Part shown: positions 1-10,451 of the stretch, piece by piece
Layout: each line of letters starts with the position of its first letter
How positions within the stretch are numbered: position 1 is the first letter of the stretch
Position numbers and translations under genes: made by a program
Notes under the pieces: model-generated
Told to the model about the DNA's origin: nothing
Database searches by the model: none
The model's input: only the letters and a program-made list of their open reading frames with translations
Source of the DNA: Ostreococcus lucimarinus
Lineage: Eukaryota
Assembly (NCBI GenBank): GCA_000092065.1
Contig: CP000582.1
DNA length: 64,000 nt
Reading direction: 5' to 3' (one strand)

Positions 1-6
1 GACGGT

Positions 7-882
7 GTGTCGAGTTTCATAATAGAAACTGGCGGCGGCATCGTGCGAGGACCGCTCGGCCGCTCGCCACTTTTGGAAACGCTCGCGTACGACGCCGTGA
101 TCGGGAACGCCCCAAAAAAGCTGTATCTCACGCCGAGCGCAGATGAATGTGGAGCGATGCCTTCGTGGGGTGTCATCGGCGAGATCAATGCAAAATACTC
201 TCAAGGCGTCGAAAACTTTTTCCGCGGCGCGCCAGGTATGTTGAACGAAATGGCGCTCCGTCTCGGTGGCTCACCGGACATTTTCCGGAGTAATCGTGAC
301 GCGCGATACGGATTGAACAATTTTTTAAGGCCCGCGCCGAGCTGTTCGATTCCGCCGACGTGTGCGATTCCAAAAACCACCACCGCGGATCCGACGGAGA
401 CGAGCGATCCGATCGCTCGAGCCGAGCTCGCCGCACTGTTCACCTCCACCGGCGGCATCCTCATCAACGTCCACGCCCTCAACCCTACGCTTCAGCCGCT
501 TGCGTCACAGCTCTCGCAATTCCGCGCGAGCCGAATCGACCTCTTCACCGACGAATTCGCCTTTGACGGCGTACGATGGATCGACCCGTTCACCGGCGCC
601 GCGCCGTCTTTCGACGACGTTTCCGCCGCGCCGTGCTTAACCTGTCTCCGTCGCGATCTCACCGGCCGCAATCGCGACGTTTGGATCGCTTACAACGGTT
701 CCATCGCCGCCTTCTCCACCAACCTCCCGTCTCCATCGCCGGGCTTCCGATGGATTCGCCGTTTCGACACCTCCCTCGCCGCGAGCGACGCCGCCGAGCC
801 GACGCCGCTCGTCGCGCAGTCGTACTCCGTCGCTCCCGCGTCGGTATCCGTGTGCGAGCTCGTCGAGCTCGCCAAGGCTTAG
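7..882 (+). CDS. hypothetical protein, possibly 5'-truncated by window edge
   Basis: Open frame from window start to stop at 882; ordinary amino-acid composition (not Arg-rich shadow ORF); no recognisable motif. Track start is GTG, so true N-terminus may lie upstream of the window. Confidence 0.3.
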   Translation: MSSFIIETGGGIVRGPLGRSPLLETLAYDAVIGNAPKKLYLTPSADECGAMPSWGVIGEINAKYSQGVENFFRGAPGMLNEMALRLGGSPDIFRSNRDARYGLNNFLRPAPSCSIPPTCAIPKTTTADPTETSDPIARAELAALFTSTGGILINVHALNPTLQPLASQLSQFRASRIDLFTDEFAFDGVRWIDPFTGAAPSFDDVSAAPCLTCLRRDLTGRNRDVWIAYNGSIAAFSTNLPSPSPGFRWIRRFDTSLAASDAAEPTPLVAQSYSVAPASVSVCELVELAKA

Positions 883-1195
883 CCGCGCGCCGCGCGCGCG
901 CGCGTCACCGCCTCTTCGCGCGAGGTTTTGTTTTAGTAACGCCCGCTCGCGCCCCAGCCATCAAAAAAATCTCAGCGAAAGAAAGATCTCTTCGAGTGAC
1001 GACGACGCATCAAAAGACGACGCGCCGCGCGCGCCGTCGACGCCCGCGGTCGAGCGCGCGAGAGAAAAACAAACCCGCCTCGTCGCGGTGCGAACCGCGC
1101 GCGCGCGCCCGCTCGCGCGCGCGCTCGACGTCGTCGAGGACATCGCGCCGCCGCCATCGACGCCGTCGACGCGAACGCTCGAACGCGCGCGCGCG

Positions 1196-4100
1196 ATGTC
1201 CATCACGCTCGAAAACAAGGGCTCGCTCCGCGCGTTCCCGTCCGTGGCGAGCATGTCCAACATGTCGGAGATGTCCGCGGCGAGTGTGGAGACGCAGGAC
1301 GAGCGGTCGGCGGATGAGGTGCGCGAGGCGAAGGAGGCGACGCTCGCGAGCGACCGCGGCGAGTTCATCGAGGGCGTCGAACAAGGGAAATTCGTCGGGA
1401 CGAAGATCGCGAGCGCACTGGGGGACGTGGCGGGGGAGGTGCGGGAGGCGGCGCTGTCGGTGGGACGAGCGGCGCTGTCGGATTTGACGGATAAGGCGCG
1501 GGGAGCGGCGTGCGCGGAGGCGCTTTTGGGGTATTTGACCGGACAAGGGGCGTGCGAACCGATGAGTCACGGCGAGGATAACACGCACGGAGCGGCGATT
1601 GCGTTGTACGCACACGCGGCGCAGCTGTTTTACGACGATGCGGGGAAGGTTGAGGCGATTAAGAGAATCGTGGAGGCGCTGCGAAGCGTGCGGGACGCGG
1701 GCGCGTTCATCGGCGCCCGAGCGATCGGTAACTTGGCTGCGGACGTCCGTGAAGCCGCGATCGCGATGCTCGGCGAATTGAAGTCCAAGGCGTTGACCGG
1801 GGTAGACATCGCCGAGCGAAGGCAAGGCGCGGCGGCCATGGCTGGGATTTGCAAGGGGGTCGGCGTCGCCGCGCTCGCGGACTTACACGTCGTGGATGAG
1901 ATTAAAAAGGCTATCGAGGATAAAAAGGATCCCGTCGCTCGCGCAGGGGCGTTGTTGACGTACGCGCACATGTGTCGAACCGCTGGTCGTGGATTTGAGC
2001 CGTACGCCATCGGTGAAGCTCCCATCGTTTTCACGTTGCTCGGTGATAGAAATGCCGATGTTCGCGAGGCGGCGAATTTGGCGCAGGCTGCCGTCGTCAA
2101 GGCGTTGCCTTTGACGGCGATGAAGCTTTTATCTCCGGCATTAAATGCTGGCATGCAGCACAAGGACTGGCAGAGTAAGCTCGGCTCGTTACACATCATG
2201 GGCGACCTCGCGAACAGAGTGCCGCAATCGTTCATGCGAGCCATTCCGGATCTGTTCCCGTCGTTTTTGGACACTCTATTCGATACGCACCCGAAAGTTT
2301 CTGCGCTTTGTGAAGAAATTCTTCCCAGTATTTGCTGTTGCGTAAAAAATGCGGAGGTTTTGGGCATGATGGACCTCGTATTGAGTGCGATTCGCACACC
2401 GCAAAAAGCCACCGAGGACTGCTTGGACAAGCTTATGGAGACGACATTCGTGAACTCCATGGACGCCCCGTCCTTGGCTGTGATTTTGCCCGTCATCTTG
2501 CGCGGCCTGCGTGAGCGAACGAAAGAGCTCAAGCAAAAGGCTGCAACGACTTTCGGAAACATTTGCGCTTTGGTCGACGACCCTCGCGATCTGCTCCCGT
2601 TTATTCCGGTGTTGTTGCCCGAGTTGGAAAAGGCTGAAGAGCACTCGCATCCAGACTTGCGCGAAGCCGCGACGCGCGCAAAAACGAGTTTGATGAAAGG
2701 TATCGACGCGAGCCAGTCCGAGGAGCGCAAGGTTGCGTCGAATATCGTGAAGGAGGCCATCAATGGCGCCGGCGTCAACGTTGACGTCGAGACGCAGTCG
2801 TATGCGGCCGCGCTCGGCGGTTGGGTCATGGATTCCGCCCCGTTGCGCATTCCTCCCTCCATCTTATCGAATGACATCAAGCGTGAGCTCACTCCGGTGC
2901 TCGAAAGCGCGTTCGAAGGGAACATTCAAGCCATTGAAAAGATTGCCAATGTATCCGTGATGGCATACAAGGGCCTCGACGAATCAGCCCTGCTCGACGA
3001 AAGCACGAAGGATTACATCGTCGATCTTCAAGGCATTATTTTAGCCTTTGCCGGTCGCGTGTTACTTCAACGCACGAATTTCACGCTCGAACGTGGTCGC
3101 ACGTACGGCATCGTAGGTCAAAATGGTACCGGTAAGACGACACTTTTGAATCGCGTCGCGGCGAAGGATATCGCTGGTTTCCCGGAGGACGTCTCTGTAT
3201 ACTACATTCAGCACGAAATTATGAGTGATAAGGAAGAAACGATCGTCGACTTCATGGTTCAAATGGTACCTGAAGGTGTCACACGAGACACCGTCGTCAA
3301 CACTCTCAAAGAGGTTGGTTTCGACGACGAAAAGATGGCTGCCACTATTCAATCCCTCTCTGGCGGGTGGCGTATGAAACTCGCCATCGCGCGCGCCATG
3401 TTGTGGGACGCCGATGTTCTCTTGTTGGATGAGCCAACAAACCACTTGGACACGAGTGCTATCGCGTGGTTGACCAACTATTTGAAGTCCTTAACGAACA
3501 CCACCATCTGCCTCGTGTCGCACGACTACGACTTCCTGGCCGAGGTGCTGACGGACGTCATTCACTTGAGTGAAAAGACGCTCACATACTATCCCATGAG
3601 CTTCCGCGATTTCCAGTCGTTGAAACCTGAAATCGTCGCCGCGTTGCCGAGCAACGACAATGCGATCGCTAAGCAGTCAAACATCGAAGGTGGCTCTGCC
3701 GACGGAGCGAAAGAGGCGAAAAAAGAGAGCGGCTTTGCCATCGACCAAATCGGCGACGACCAGCCGTCGCACATCAAACCGATTCGATTCCCCGAACCGG
3801 GTGATTTGGAGGGCGTCAAGTCTCGCGCAAAATGTGTCATGTACATGAAAGAGGTATCGTTCGGCTATCCAGGAACTTCAAAGAAGATTCTCAACGGTGC
3901 TACCGTGAAAATTACGCAAAACTCTCGAGCGGCGCTCGTGGGCCTCAACGGCGCCGGTAAGACGACGCTTTTGAAGTTACTCATCGGCGCACTTCAAATC
4001 GATGAAGGTGTCGGGGAAGTCTGGCGCCACCACAACTTGCGACTGTCCTACATCGCGCAACACTCCATGCAGCACTTGGAAGAGTCTTTGGAGAACACGC

Positions 4101-4918
4101 CGTTGGAGTACTTGCAAAACCGCTTCTACAATGGTCGCGATAAAGAAATCGCCAAGCGCGCCTCGCACAACTTGAGCAAGGACGAGCTCGCAACATCGCA
4201 AGAGCGTGGTAACATCATGGATGTCATTGGTCGCGTGATGCGAGGTAAACATCTGTTTTACGAAGTGCGCCGCGCCGGACGCGAAGAAAACGACACCGAT
4301 TGGGAAATGATGAGTTCGTTAGAGCGCAAGGATCCGTACGTGATGAAGATGGTGCGTAACTTTGACGAAAAGCTCAAGGCGATGCAATCGGGTATGGATT
4401 TACGACCGCTCACCAAAGAAGAAGTGCGCATTCACTTGGAAAACTTTGGTATTGATCAAGATTTGGCCATGGGGAAAATCAAGCGCATGTCCGGCGGGCA
4501 AAAGAGTCGACTCGTCCTCGCCGCGGCCATGTGGACGAATCCACACATCATCGCTCTTGATGAGCCGACAAACTACTTAGATAACGATACCTTAGCTGCG
4601 TTGACCAAGGCGCTCATTGATTTCAAGGGTGGGGTGATTACGATTTCCCACAACGAGCCGTTCGTGAACGCCGTGTGTGACGAATTGTGGCGAGTCGGCG
4701 ACGGAGTCGTCGTGACGGAGCCTGTAGCGGGTAAGGCGCCGAAGAAACTTTCTGTGGCTGAACGACGGGCTCTCAAAGCCGGCATCGACGCCGAGGAGGC
4801 GACGATGAAAGAAGCACAGAACAACAAAAAACTCACCGCCAAGGAAAAGAAGGAAGCGGCGGCGGCGAAGAAGGCGGCTGCTGGTCCGGTCAAGGATCTG
4901 TACGGTCGCGGCAAATAA
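1196..4918 (+). CDS. translation elongation factor 3 (eEF3-like ABC-F ATPase with N-terminal HEAT repeats)
   Basis: Track ORF 1088..4918 starts at GTG; first ATG is codon 37 (1196). HEAT-repeat N-terminus aligning to yeast EF3 (GFEPYAIGEAPIV..., KDWQSKLGSLHIMG). Two ABC cassettes: Walker A GQNGTGKTT and GLNGAGKTT; ABC signatures LSGGWRMKLAIARA and MSGGQKSRLVLAAA; Walker B LLLDEPTNHLD and IALDEPTNYLD. Lys/Ala-rich basic C-terminal tail typical of EF3. Confidence 0.85.
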   Translation: MSITLENKGSLRAFPSVASMSNMSEMSAASVETQDERSADEVREAKEATLASDRGEFIEGVEQGKFVGTKIASALGDVAGEVREAALSVGRAALSDLTDKARGAACAEALLGYLTGQGACEPMSHGEDNTHGAAIALYAHAAQLFYDDAGKVEAIKRIVEALRSVRDAGAFIGARAIGNLAADVREAAIAMLGELKSKALTGVDIAERRQGAAAMAGICKGVGVAALADLHVVDEIKKAIEDKKDPVARAGALLTYAHMCRTAGRGFEPYAIGEAPIVFTLLGDRNADVREAANLAQAAVVKALPLTAMKLLSPALNAGMQHKDWQSKLGSLHIMGDLANRVPQSFMRAIPDLFPSFLDTLFDTHPKVSALCEEILPSICCCVKNAEVLGMMDLVLSAIRTPQKATEDCLDKLMETTFVNSMDAPSLAVILPVILRGLRERTKELKQKAATTFGNICALVDDPRDLLPFIPVLLPELEKAEEHSHPDLREAATRAKTSLMKGIDASQSEERKVASNIVKEAINGAGVNVDVETQSYAAALGGWVMDSAPLRIPPSILSNDIKRELTPVLESAFEGNIQAIEKIANVSVMAYKGLDESALLDESTKDYIVDLQGIILAFAGRVLLQRTNFTLERGRTYGIVGQNGTGKTTLLNRVAAKDIAGFPEDVSVYYIQHEIMSDKEETIVDFMVQMVPEGVTRDTVVNTLKEVGFDDEKMAATIQSLSGGWRMKLAIARAMLWDADVLLLDEPTNHLDTSAIAWLTNYLKSLTNTTICLVSHDYDFLAEVLTDVIHLSEKTLTYYPMSFRDFQSLKPEIVAALPSNDNAIAKQSNIEGGSADGAKEAKKESGFAIDQIGDDQPSHIKPIRFPEPGDLEGVKSRAKCVMYMKEVSFGYPGTSKKILNGATVKITQNSRAALVGLNGAGKTTLLKLLIGALQIDEGVGEVWRHHNLRLSYIAQHSMQHLEESLENTPLEYLQNRFYNGRDKEIAKRASHNLSKDELATSQERGNIMDVIGRVMRGKHLFYEVRRAGREENDTDWEMMSSLERKDPYVMKMVRNFDEKLKAMQSGMDLRPLTKEEVRIHLENFGIDQDLAMGKIKRMSGGQKSRLVLAAAMWTNPHIIALDEPTNYLDNDTLAALTKALIDFKGGVITISHNEPFVNAVCDELWRVGDGVVVTEPVAGKAPKKLSVAERRALKAGIDAEEATMKEAQNNKKLTAKEKKEAAAAKKAAAGPVKDLYGRGK

Positions 4919-4965
4919 CATTCTTTCAGCTTTTAATTCGAATTGCACTCTCAACAAACTATTTT

Positions 4966-6849
4966 CTACACAGTCGTCGCTCCCTCGTTGGTGACGACCT
5001 CTTTTTCTACAAACTCAAGGATATCGTTCGACGTGATGTTGTCCTGAATTGATTTCCACGTCTTTTCGTAAGTGGTGATGAAATTCGGCGTATCTTTATC
5101 CGACCTCGTACGCAAGAAAACCCACGTTTTTTCATTCATATCCCACGTGCACTCGACGATTTTACCATCCAAGCTTTCGAGTGGATCCGTGCGTGTGACA
5201 AAATCGTCCTCGAGGCGGGCGAGCGCGCCGCCTTTTTGACCCACAAAGAGCAAACCTTTATCTCGCGATACGCGCAAGAGAAAGTCGACCGAGTTCAACC
5301 CTGGAAACTTCCACTTGAGCAGTGCTTCGTACGTTTGCGGGACGTACGGCACATTTGAGGGTTGGAAAATCAATCCATCGCTTTCGTGCGACAGGGCGGG
5401 AATGAACTTTTCGATGAATGAGCGCGCAAAATTCAGCGGGAAAAATTCCTTTGTGCGAACAGAAAACGGTTCTTTATGCGCGGCGTAAGCTCCACTCGGA
5501 CCCGCCTGCGCGAGAAACGCCTTTCTCGGTTCGACGACGAACTCACGCACAATGTTCAATCGCTCCAAGAACGGACGTTGCGTCACGCGTTCGCCGTTGA
5601 TGGCCATCAAATCGTACGCTAGATACCGGCGCGTCTGCTTCTTCGTCTGAGGATCGGTGTCGACGACCATCTCGCCATCCATCAACGTACAGTGGTGTAC
5701 GTTGGTTCCAAACTTTTTGTGCGGTAAAGGAAATCGCATTTGCACGCGGCGAATAGCGAATTTTCTATCGATCAAGTACGTGCCATCGCGCATAAGCATT
5801 AATAAATAACGCGTCCCGTCCGCCTTCCACGTCACGCTGTATGGTTCACGTTTCAAGAGCTCCATGTTGTTGCGACTCAGACTCACCGGCTGTGATCCAG
5901 GAAAGTTATCAACGCGTCCTGAGGCCCCATCGTCTGACATGACCGCCCACACGCAAAGCTTTCGAATCTCGTGCGCCATTTCCTCGTACACCTCCTCGCC
6001 GACGACGTCTTCGTGATGCATCGATCCCGCATCACTCTCGACCTCCGCAATCTCCATCGCGCGCTGCAACGCTCTGCGCGTCCCCGGTATCGGTGCTCGA
6101 CTGTGCGCTAACGTCTTCTTATACGTCAAATTCACCCTCGGATCGAACAGATCTCCCGCCGGTATCTTGTCGTCCGTCAACGGCGGCGCGTCGCTCAAAT
6201 CGTCGCTCTTCCACGCCGGCACTTTCGGATCCTTCGTCGTGCTAAACCTCCGTTCGAGATAATAATCAAACAAGCTCTCCAAGTACTCGCTCTTGTATAT
6301 CCCCGGCGGTCGCACTTTCGCGAACTCCGTCACCCACTTATTCAACTCGGGCCAGCCTCGCGCGCGCTGACAATAATGCGTCAACATCGCGCCCGTTCGA
6401 TTAAACCCGTGCGTACAGTGCACCAATATCGTCGGCGCATACCCTTGTCTCGCCTTTTCCTGCCATCCCGGATCGCTCGCCATCTCCGCCGCGCATCTTT
6501 GCACCGCGTACACGAATTCGCTCACCTCCCGCGGCGCCGGCGCGCCGTCCCGTCCCGCGCACCGAATCTTATACACCCTCACCCCGTACTTTTCGAAGTC
6601 GCTCGCGTCGTAATACCTCGACGTGTTCGTGAGATCGATCACCATCGCCACCGCGCGTCCTTTGCTCTGCGCCAGCGCCAGCGCGTCGTCGGGCGTGTAC
6701 CAATCCTCTCTCGGGACGTCGGCGTAGAATTGCTCCCTCAGCGGCGCCTTGGACGCGAGAAACATCCCCGCGAACGGTTCGGACATGCGCGGGCACGCCG
6801 TCCATCCCTCGGGCGTCGCCCACGCGCCGCGCGGGCCGTCGTCGGGCAT
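4966..6849 (-). CDS. bifunctional mRNA capping enzyme (Cys-phosphatase-type RNA 5'-triphosphatase + mRNA guanylyltransferase)
   Basis: True ATG at 6849 on minus strand. N-terminal dual-specificity phosphatase P-loop VHCTHGFNRTG (HCxxGxxR[ST]). C-terminal guanylyltransferase with KxDG nucleotidyl-transferase motif (WKADGTRYLLM) and downstream RFPLPHKKFG / DGLIFQP blocks. Domain order TPase-GTase as in metazoan/plant capping enzymes. Confidence 0.8.
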   Translation of the reverse strand: MPDDGPRGAWATPEGWTACPRMSEPFAGMFLASKAPLREQFYADVPREDWYTPDDALALAQSKGRAVAMVIDLTNTSRYYDASDFEKYGVRVYKIRCAGRDGAPAPREVSEFVYAVQRCAAEMASDPGWQEKARQGYAPTILVHCTHGFNRTGAMLTHYCQRARGWPELNKWVTEFAKVRPPGIYKSEYLESLFDYYLERRFSTTKDPKVPAWKSDDLSDAPPLTDDKIPAGDLFDPRVNLTYKKTLAHSRAPIPGTRRALQRAMEIAEVESDAGSMHHEDVVGEEVYEEMAHEIRKLCVWAVMSDDGASGRVDNFPGSQPVSLSRNNMELLKREPYSVTWKADGTRYLLMLMRDGTYLIDRKFAIRRVQMRFPLPHKKFGTNVHHCTLMDGEMVVDTDPQTKKQTRRYLAYDLMAINGERVTQRPFLERLNIVREFVVEPRKAFLAQAGPSGAYAAHKEPFSVRTKEFFPLNFARSFIEKFIPALSHESDGLIFQPSNVPYVPQTYEALLKWKFPGLNSVDFLLRVSRDKGLLFVGQKGGALARLEDDFVTRTDPLESLDGKIVECTWDMNEKTWVFLRTRSDKDTPNFITTYEKTWKSIQDNITSNDILEFVEKEVVTNEGATTV

Positions 6850-6905
6850 TCGTGAGGCGCGAAGTGACGCGCGGACCGTCGCCGCGCCAGTCCGCGACGC
6901 TCGCG

Positions 6906-8210
6906 ATGACGTTCGCGTTCGCGCCGAGCGCCGCGAACGCCTCGCGCGCGCGCGCGCGGTGCGGGACGATCGCGCACGGCGACGGCGCGCGCACGCCGAC
7001 GCCGACGGCGCTCGCGCCGACGTCCAAGGGCGAACACGCGACGCTCACGAAGGATGTTTTGGACGACGTCGAGACGCGACTGCGCGCCGCGCTGCGCGCG
7101 CGGCGACGCGCGAACGACGACGGGACGAGCGATGAGGGGTGTTTATTCGGATGCGCGCTCGTCGGCGCGCACTTCGCGAGGAAGACGAAGCGCGGGACGA
7201 AGCGGAAGCGCGACGGCGACGAAGCCGAAGGCGAAGAAGCCGAGGGCGACGAGGCGGCGTGTCCGCCGCCGCGGCGATTAACGCTCGGACACTACAGGGA
7301 TTCGATGTACTTTGGTATGAATGCGCAGAATCGCTCGGGTGCGGACGCGTTGGCGTGCGAGACGCCGTATGGGCAGAGGAGTTTGGACGCGCGCGAGTAC
7401 GCGAGGATTTGGCGGTCGGGCGCGGCGCACGCGGCGGTTTCGTTGGCGGATGAACACGGAGGGTGGGAGAGCGCGAAGAAGAGTAAGACAGCGGCGATAC
7501 GTACGTGTGCATGGCTGGATGCGTGCGCGAAAGAGGCGAAAACATTGAGGTTGCCGTTGTTTGGGGCGTTGACGGGGGGCGAACACGCAGAGGTGCGCGA
7601 AGAGTGTTCGCGTCGAGTGGCGGAACGGGATGATGACGTCGTGGGGTACGCGCTGAGCGGGTTCTTCGCCGGTGAAGACGTCAGTACGCGAGGAGCGTGC
7701 GTAGAGGCGTCGTTGAAGCACATCCCGAGCGAGAAACCGCGCTATTTGTCGGGGACGACGACGGTGGAAGACATCGTGGACAACATCGACAGAGGCGTCG
7801 ACGTGTTCGACGCGAGTTGGGCGAGCGAAACTGCGCAACGCGGGCGCGCGTTTTGTTTCCCAGTCGATGAAGAAGATGATGAGATGGAAGCAGAAGACGC
7901 CGAATCGCGCGCGACGTCGGGGAGCGACGCGTATTCCATCAACATTTGGTCGACGTCGTACAAGACGGATTTCACCCCGTTCATTCGCGGAGACCGCTGT
8001 CGCTGCCCCGCGTGCGCCGAGCACACTCGGGCCTACGTGCATCACTTATTACAAGCGCACGAGATGACCGCGGACGTCTTGCTCGAGGCGCATAACCTAT
8101 ATCACATCGCCGCGTTCTTTGCCGCGGCGAGACGCGCGATTCGGTGCGGTCGGTGGCAAGAATTTGCCGCCTTCCACCGCGCGTACGCCCAGCGCGCGCG
8201 CGAAACGTAG
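6906..8210 (+). CDS. queuine tRNA-ribosyltransferase family protein (probably QTRT2-like accessory subunit)
   Basis: Track ORF starts at GTG 6852; first ATG at 6906. C-terminal TGT-family zinc motif CRCPACAEHTRAYVHHLL followed by LLEAHNLYHIAAFF (TGT C-terminal helix). N-terminal catalytic DSGGFQ-type motif not seen, hence accessory-subunit guess. Confidence 0.55.
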   Translation: MTFAFAPSAANASRARARCGTIAHGDGARTPTPTALAPTSKGEHATLTKDVLDDVETRLRAALRARRRANDDGTSDEGCLFGCALVGAHFARKTKRGTKRKRDGDEAEGEEAEGDEAACPPPRRLTLGHYRDSMYFGMNAQNRSGADALACETPYGQRSLDAREYARIWRSGAAHAAVSLADEHGGWESAKKSKTAAIRTCAWLDACAKEAKTLRLPLFGALTGGEHAEVREECSRRVAERDDDVVGYALSGFFAGEDVSTRGACVEASLKHIPSEKPRYLSGTTTVEDIVDNIDRGVDVFDASWASETAQRGRAFCFPVDEEDDEMEAEDAESRATSGSDAYSINIWSTSYKTDFTPFIRGDRCRCPACAEHTRAYVHHLLQAHEMTADVLLEAHNLYHIAAFFAAARRAIRCGRWQEFAAFHRAYAQRARET

Positions 8211-8231
8211 TGTTAGACATAGTTATAGCAT

Positions 8232-10451
8232 ATGATTCTTCGCGTTTGCTCGAAGCGCGCGCGCGCGACTCCGATGAAAACATTCAAAGCGCTCGCGCGT
8301 CCCGGTCGCCATCCGCAGTCCTCGATGCCCCTGATGCGCACCGTCGACGCCAAACCCGCCGTTCTCGCGCGTTGGCGCCGCCCATCGCCTCGAACGTCGT
8401 CGCGCGCCGCGTCATCGCGCGATCCGAGCGACGCGCGACCTGCAATTTTGGGTTTCGGCAGCGCCGGCGTGGACTACATAGCCAAACTCGACGGCGCTTT
8501 CCCGACGCCTGACGCCAAAACGCGCGCGTCCGAGCTCGAAATCGTGGGCGGAGGGAACTGCGCGAACGCGCTCGTCGCCGCTTCGCGCCTTGGCGCGCGC
8601 ACGGCGCTGGTCTCGAAAGTGGGAACCGACGGGGTGGGGACGCAGATTTTGACAGAGCTGGGCGAACGCGAAGGCGTCGACGTGTCTCATGTCGTACGAC
8701 GCGGGAACAGGTCGCCTTTCACGTACATCATGGTCACATCGTCGTCAAACGGAGATGGAGAGTCCACGCGAACGTGCGTGCACACGCCTGGGGAGACGTT
8801 GGAGGTGGAAGAGTTGGGCGACGTCGCCGCGCTGCTGGAAGCGGTTCATCCGGATGTCGTCTTCTTCGATGGACGACTCACAGAGAGCGCTATCGCGCTC
8901 GCGCGCGTCGCGGAAACGCGTGGAATTAGGGTGCTCGTCGAGTGTGAACGATTGAGAGATGGACTAGACGAACTTGTGCGGCTTGCGGACGTCGTGGTGA
9001 CGTCGAAGAATTACCCGCTTGATAGATTTACGGAGACGAAGACGCTAGGAGACGCGATGACAGAAATGTTTGCGTGTTTGCCGAAGGCAAAAGTGATGGT
9101 GACGACGCTCGGCGCGCGAGGGGCGGTAGCTTTGGTACGAGATGGTGTCGAAACTCCGGAAGTGGGGGAAGGGACGGCGTTGGATGACGTCGTGTCGAGA
9201 TTGGAGAACGCGGCCCTCCGCGGCGATGACGAGACGCCCGGACCGAGCGTGGAGACGGAATCCTTGGTAATCCGAGACGCAAGCGGCGAACGACGTTTCA
9301 AGGCAAAAGTTGTGTTCACGCCGGCGAAACGTTTGACGGACAACCAAGTGGTCGACACCACCGGGGCAGGCGACGCGTTCATAGGCACGCTCGCAATGTC
9401 GGCGTGCTCGGAGGATTTCAACGTCGCCAGCGCGATGCGCCTTGGCGCATACGTTGCGGCGACGAAATGCGGTGGCATTGGAGCGCGAAGCGCATTGCCG
9501 CATCGCAAAGATATTCCAGAATCATTATTTGAAGAATATCCGCTCAAATCGGCGTCGTCGCGCCGAGCGGCAATTTTCTCACTCGTCCTCGCTGGCCTAT
9601 CCTCGCTCGCCGAACCCGCGACTGCGGCGGACGAAGTGGACACGAAGAAACTTACCGAACTCTTCAACCGAGCCATGCAAGCGACGACGTATGAAGAGAG
9701 TGAAGCGATCTGGACCAAGGCGATAGAGCTCTCGCCCGAGGGTTCGCGCGCGCGGAGTGCGGCGTTTTCGAACCGTGGCACGCTTCGACTGCAGTATCAG
9801 GAATGGCAGGGCGCGGTGGACGATCTCCAAGCAAGCGTAGACCTCGACGGGAATAATCCCGATCCGCTGTCGTTGAATAATCTCGGCAACGCCAAGGGCG
9901 CGCTCAATCAGTGGGACTCCGCGATGGCAGATTTTCTGGAAGCGTCGAGGACGGAGGACATGCGAGCCATCGCGCTGGCAAACTACGCGTTGGCGGCGTT
10001 TCAGACCGAGCGCGATGATTTGGCGATAACCACGGCTCGAAAGCTTTTGAGAAGAGATCCAGAATTTTTAGACATGCGCGCCGCTTTATCGGCGTTCCTT
10101 TGGAGTGAAGGTCGTTTCGACGACGCCGAGGCGGAGTGGACTTTTCTGTGTAAGAGTGGACGCGGTTTCGGCGCCAAGCGTTCAGCGGAAGAGAAACGCG
10201 ATGCCGGCGCCATCGCGTACGGCTTCGAGCTCTTCACGCAGTCTGCAAATCAAATCGTCGCCGAACTAGACGGTGGTGTCAAAGACGCCGGTTTAGACAC
10301 GCCGTGTCGGCTGTACAAGACGACCGACACGGTGGCCAACCGCTGGCCTCCGCGCGCCACCGCCGCGTTGGATGCCTTCTTACGCGTCCGAGGCGACGGC
10401 CAAGCACTCGATTACGACGGTCGCGTGAAGACGTTCAATTTTAGGCATTAA
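8232..10451 (+). CDS. pfkB-family carbohydrate/ribokinase-like kinase fused to C-terminal TPR-repeat domain, likely organelle-targeted
   Basis: ATG at 8232. Basic/Ser-rich presequence. PfkB motifs: GGGNCANALVAASRLGA (GG motif) and DTTGAGDAFIGTLA (ATP-binding DTxGAGD). C-terminal about 280 aa has TPR-like repeats (AIWTKAIELSP..., NNLGNAKGALNQWDSAMADF..., ALANYALAAF...). Confidence 0.65.
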   Translation: MILRVCSKRARATPMKTFKALARPGRHPQSSMPLMRTVDAKPAVLARWRRPSPRTSSRAASSRDPSDARPAILGFGSAGVDYIAKLDGAFPTPDAKTRASELEIVGGGNCANALVAASRLGARTALVSKVGTDGVGTQILTELGEREGVDVSHVVRRGNRSPFTYIMVTSSSNGDGESTRTCVHTPGETLEVEELGDVAALLEAVHPDVVFFDGRLTESAIALARVAETRGIRVLVECERLRDGLDELVRLADVVVTSKNYPLDRFTETKTLGDAMTEMFACLPKAKVMVTTLGARGAVALVRDGVETPEVGEGTALDDVVSRLENAALRGDDETPGPSVETESLVIRDASGERRFKAKVVFTPAKRLTDNQVVDTTGAGDAFIGTLAMSACSEDFNVASAMRLGAYVAATKCGGIGARSALPHRKDIPESLFEEYPLKSASSRRAAIFSLVLAGLSSLAEPATAADEVDTKKLTELFNRAMQATTYEESEAIWTKAIELSPEGSRARSAAFSNRGTLRLQYQEWQGAVDDLQASVDLDGNNPDPLSLNNLGNAKGALNQWDSAMADFLEASRTEDMRAIALANYALAAFQTERDDLAITTARKLLRRDPEFLDMRAALSAFLWSEGRFDDAEAEWTFLCKSGRGFGAKRSAEEKRDAGAIAYGFELFTQSANQIVAELDGGVKDAGLDTPCRLYKTTDTVANRWPPRATAALDAFLRVRGDGQALDYDGRVKTFNFRH

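Noticed and set aside
1088-1195. GTG/TTG start coordinates given by the ORF track (EF3 at 1088, QTRT-like at 6852, CLC at 16189, PEX12 at 20594, NhaA at 36488, TRM2-like at 35160, GAE at 41333, PCF11 at 49780, tRNase Z at 53961 and others)
   Set aside because: Eukaryotic nuclear genes initiate at AUG; the extensions upstream of the first ATG are usually Arg-rich low-complexity sequence. Starts were re-set to the first plausible in-frame ATG, but remain uncertain without TSS data.
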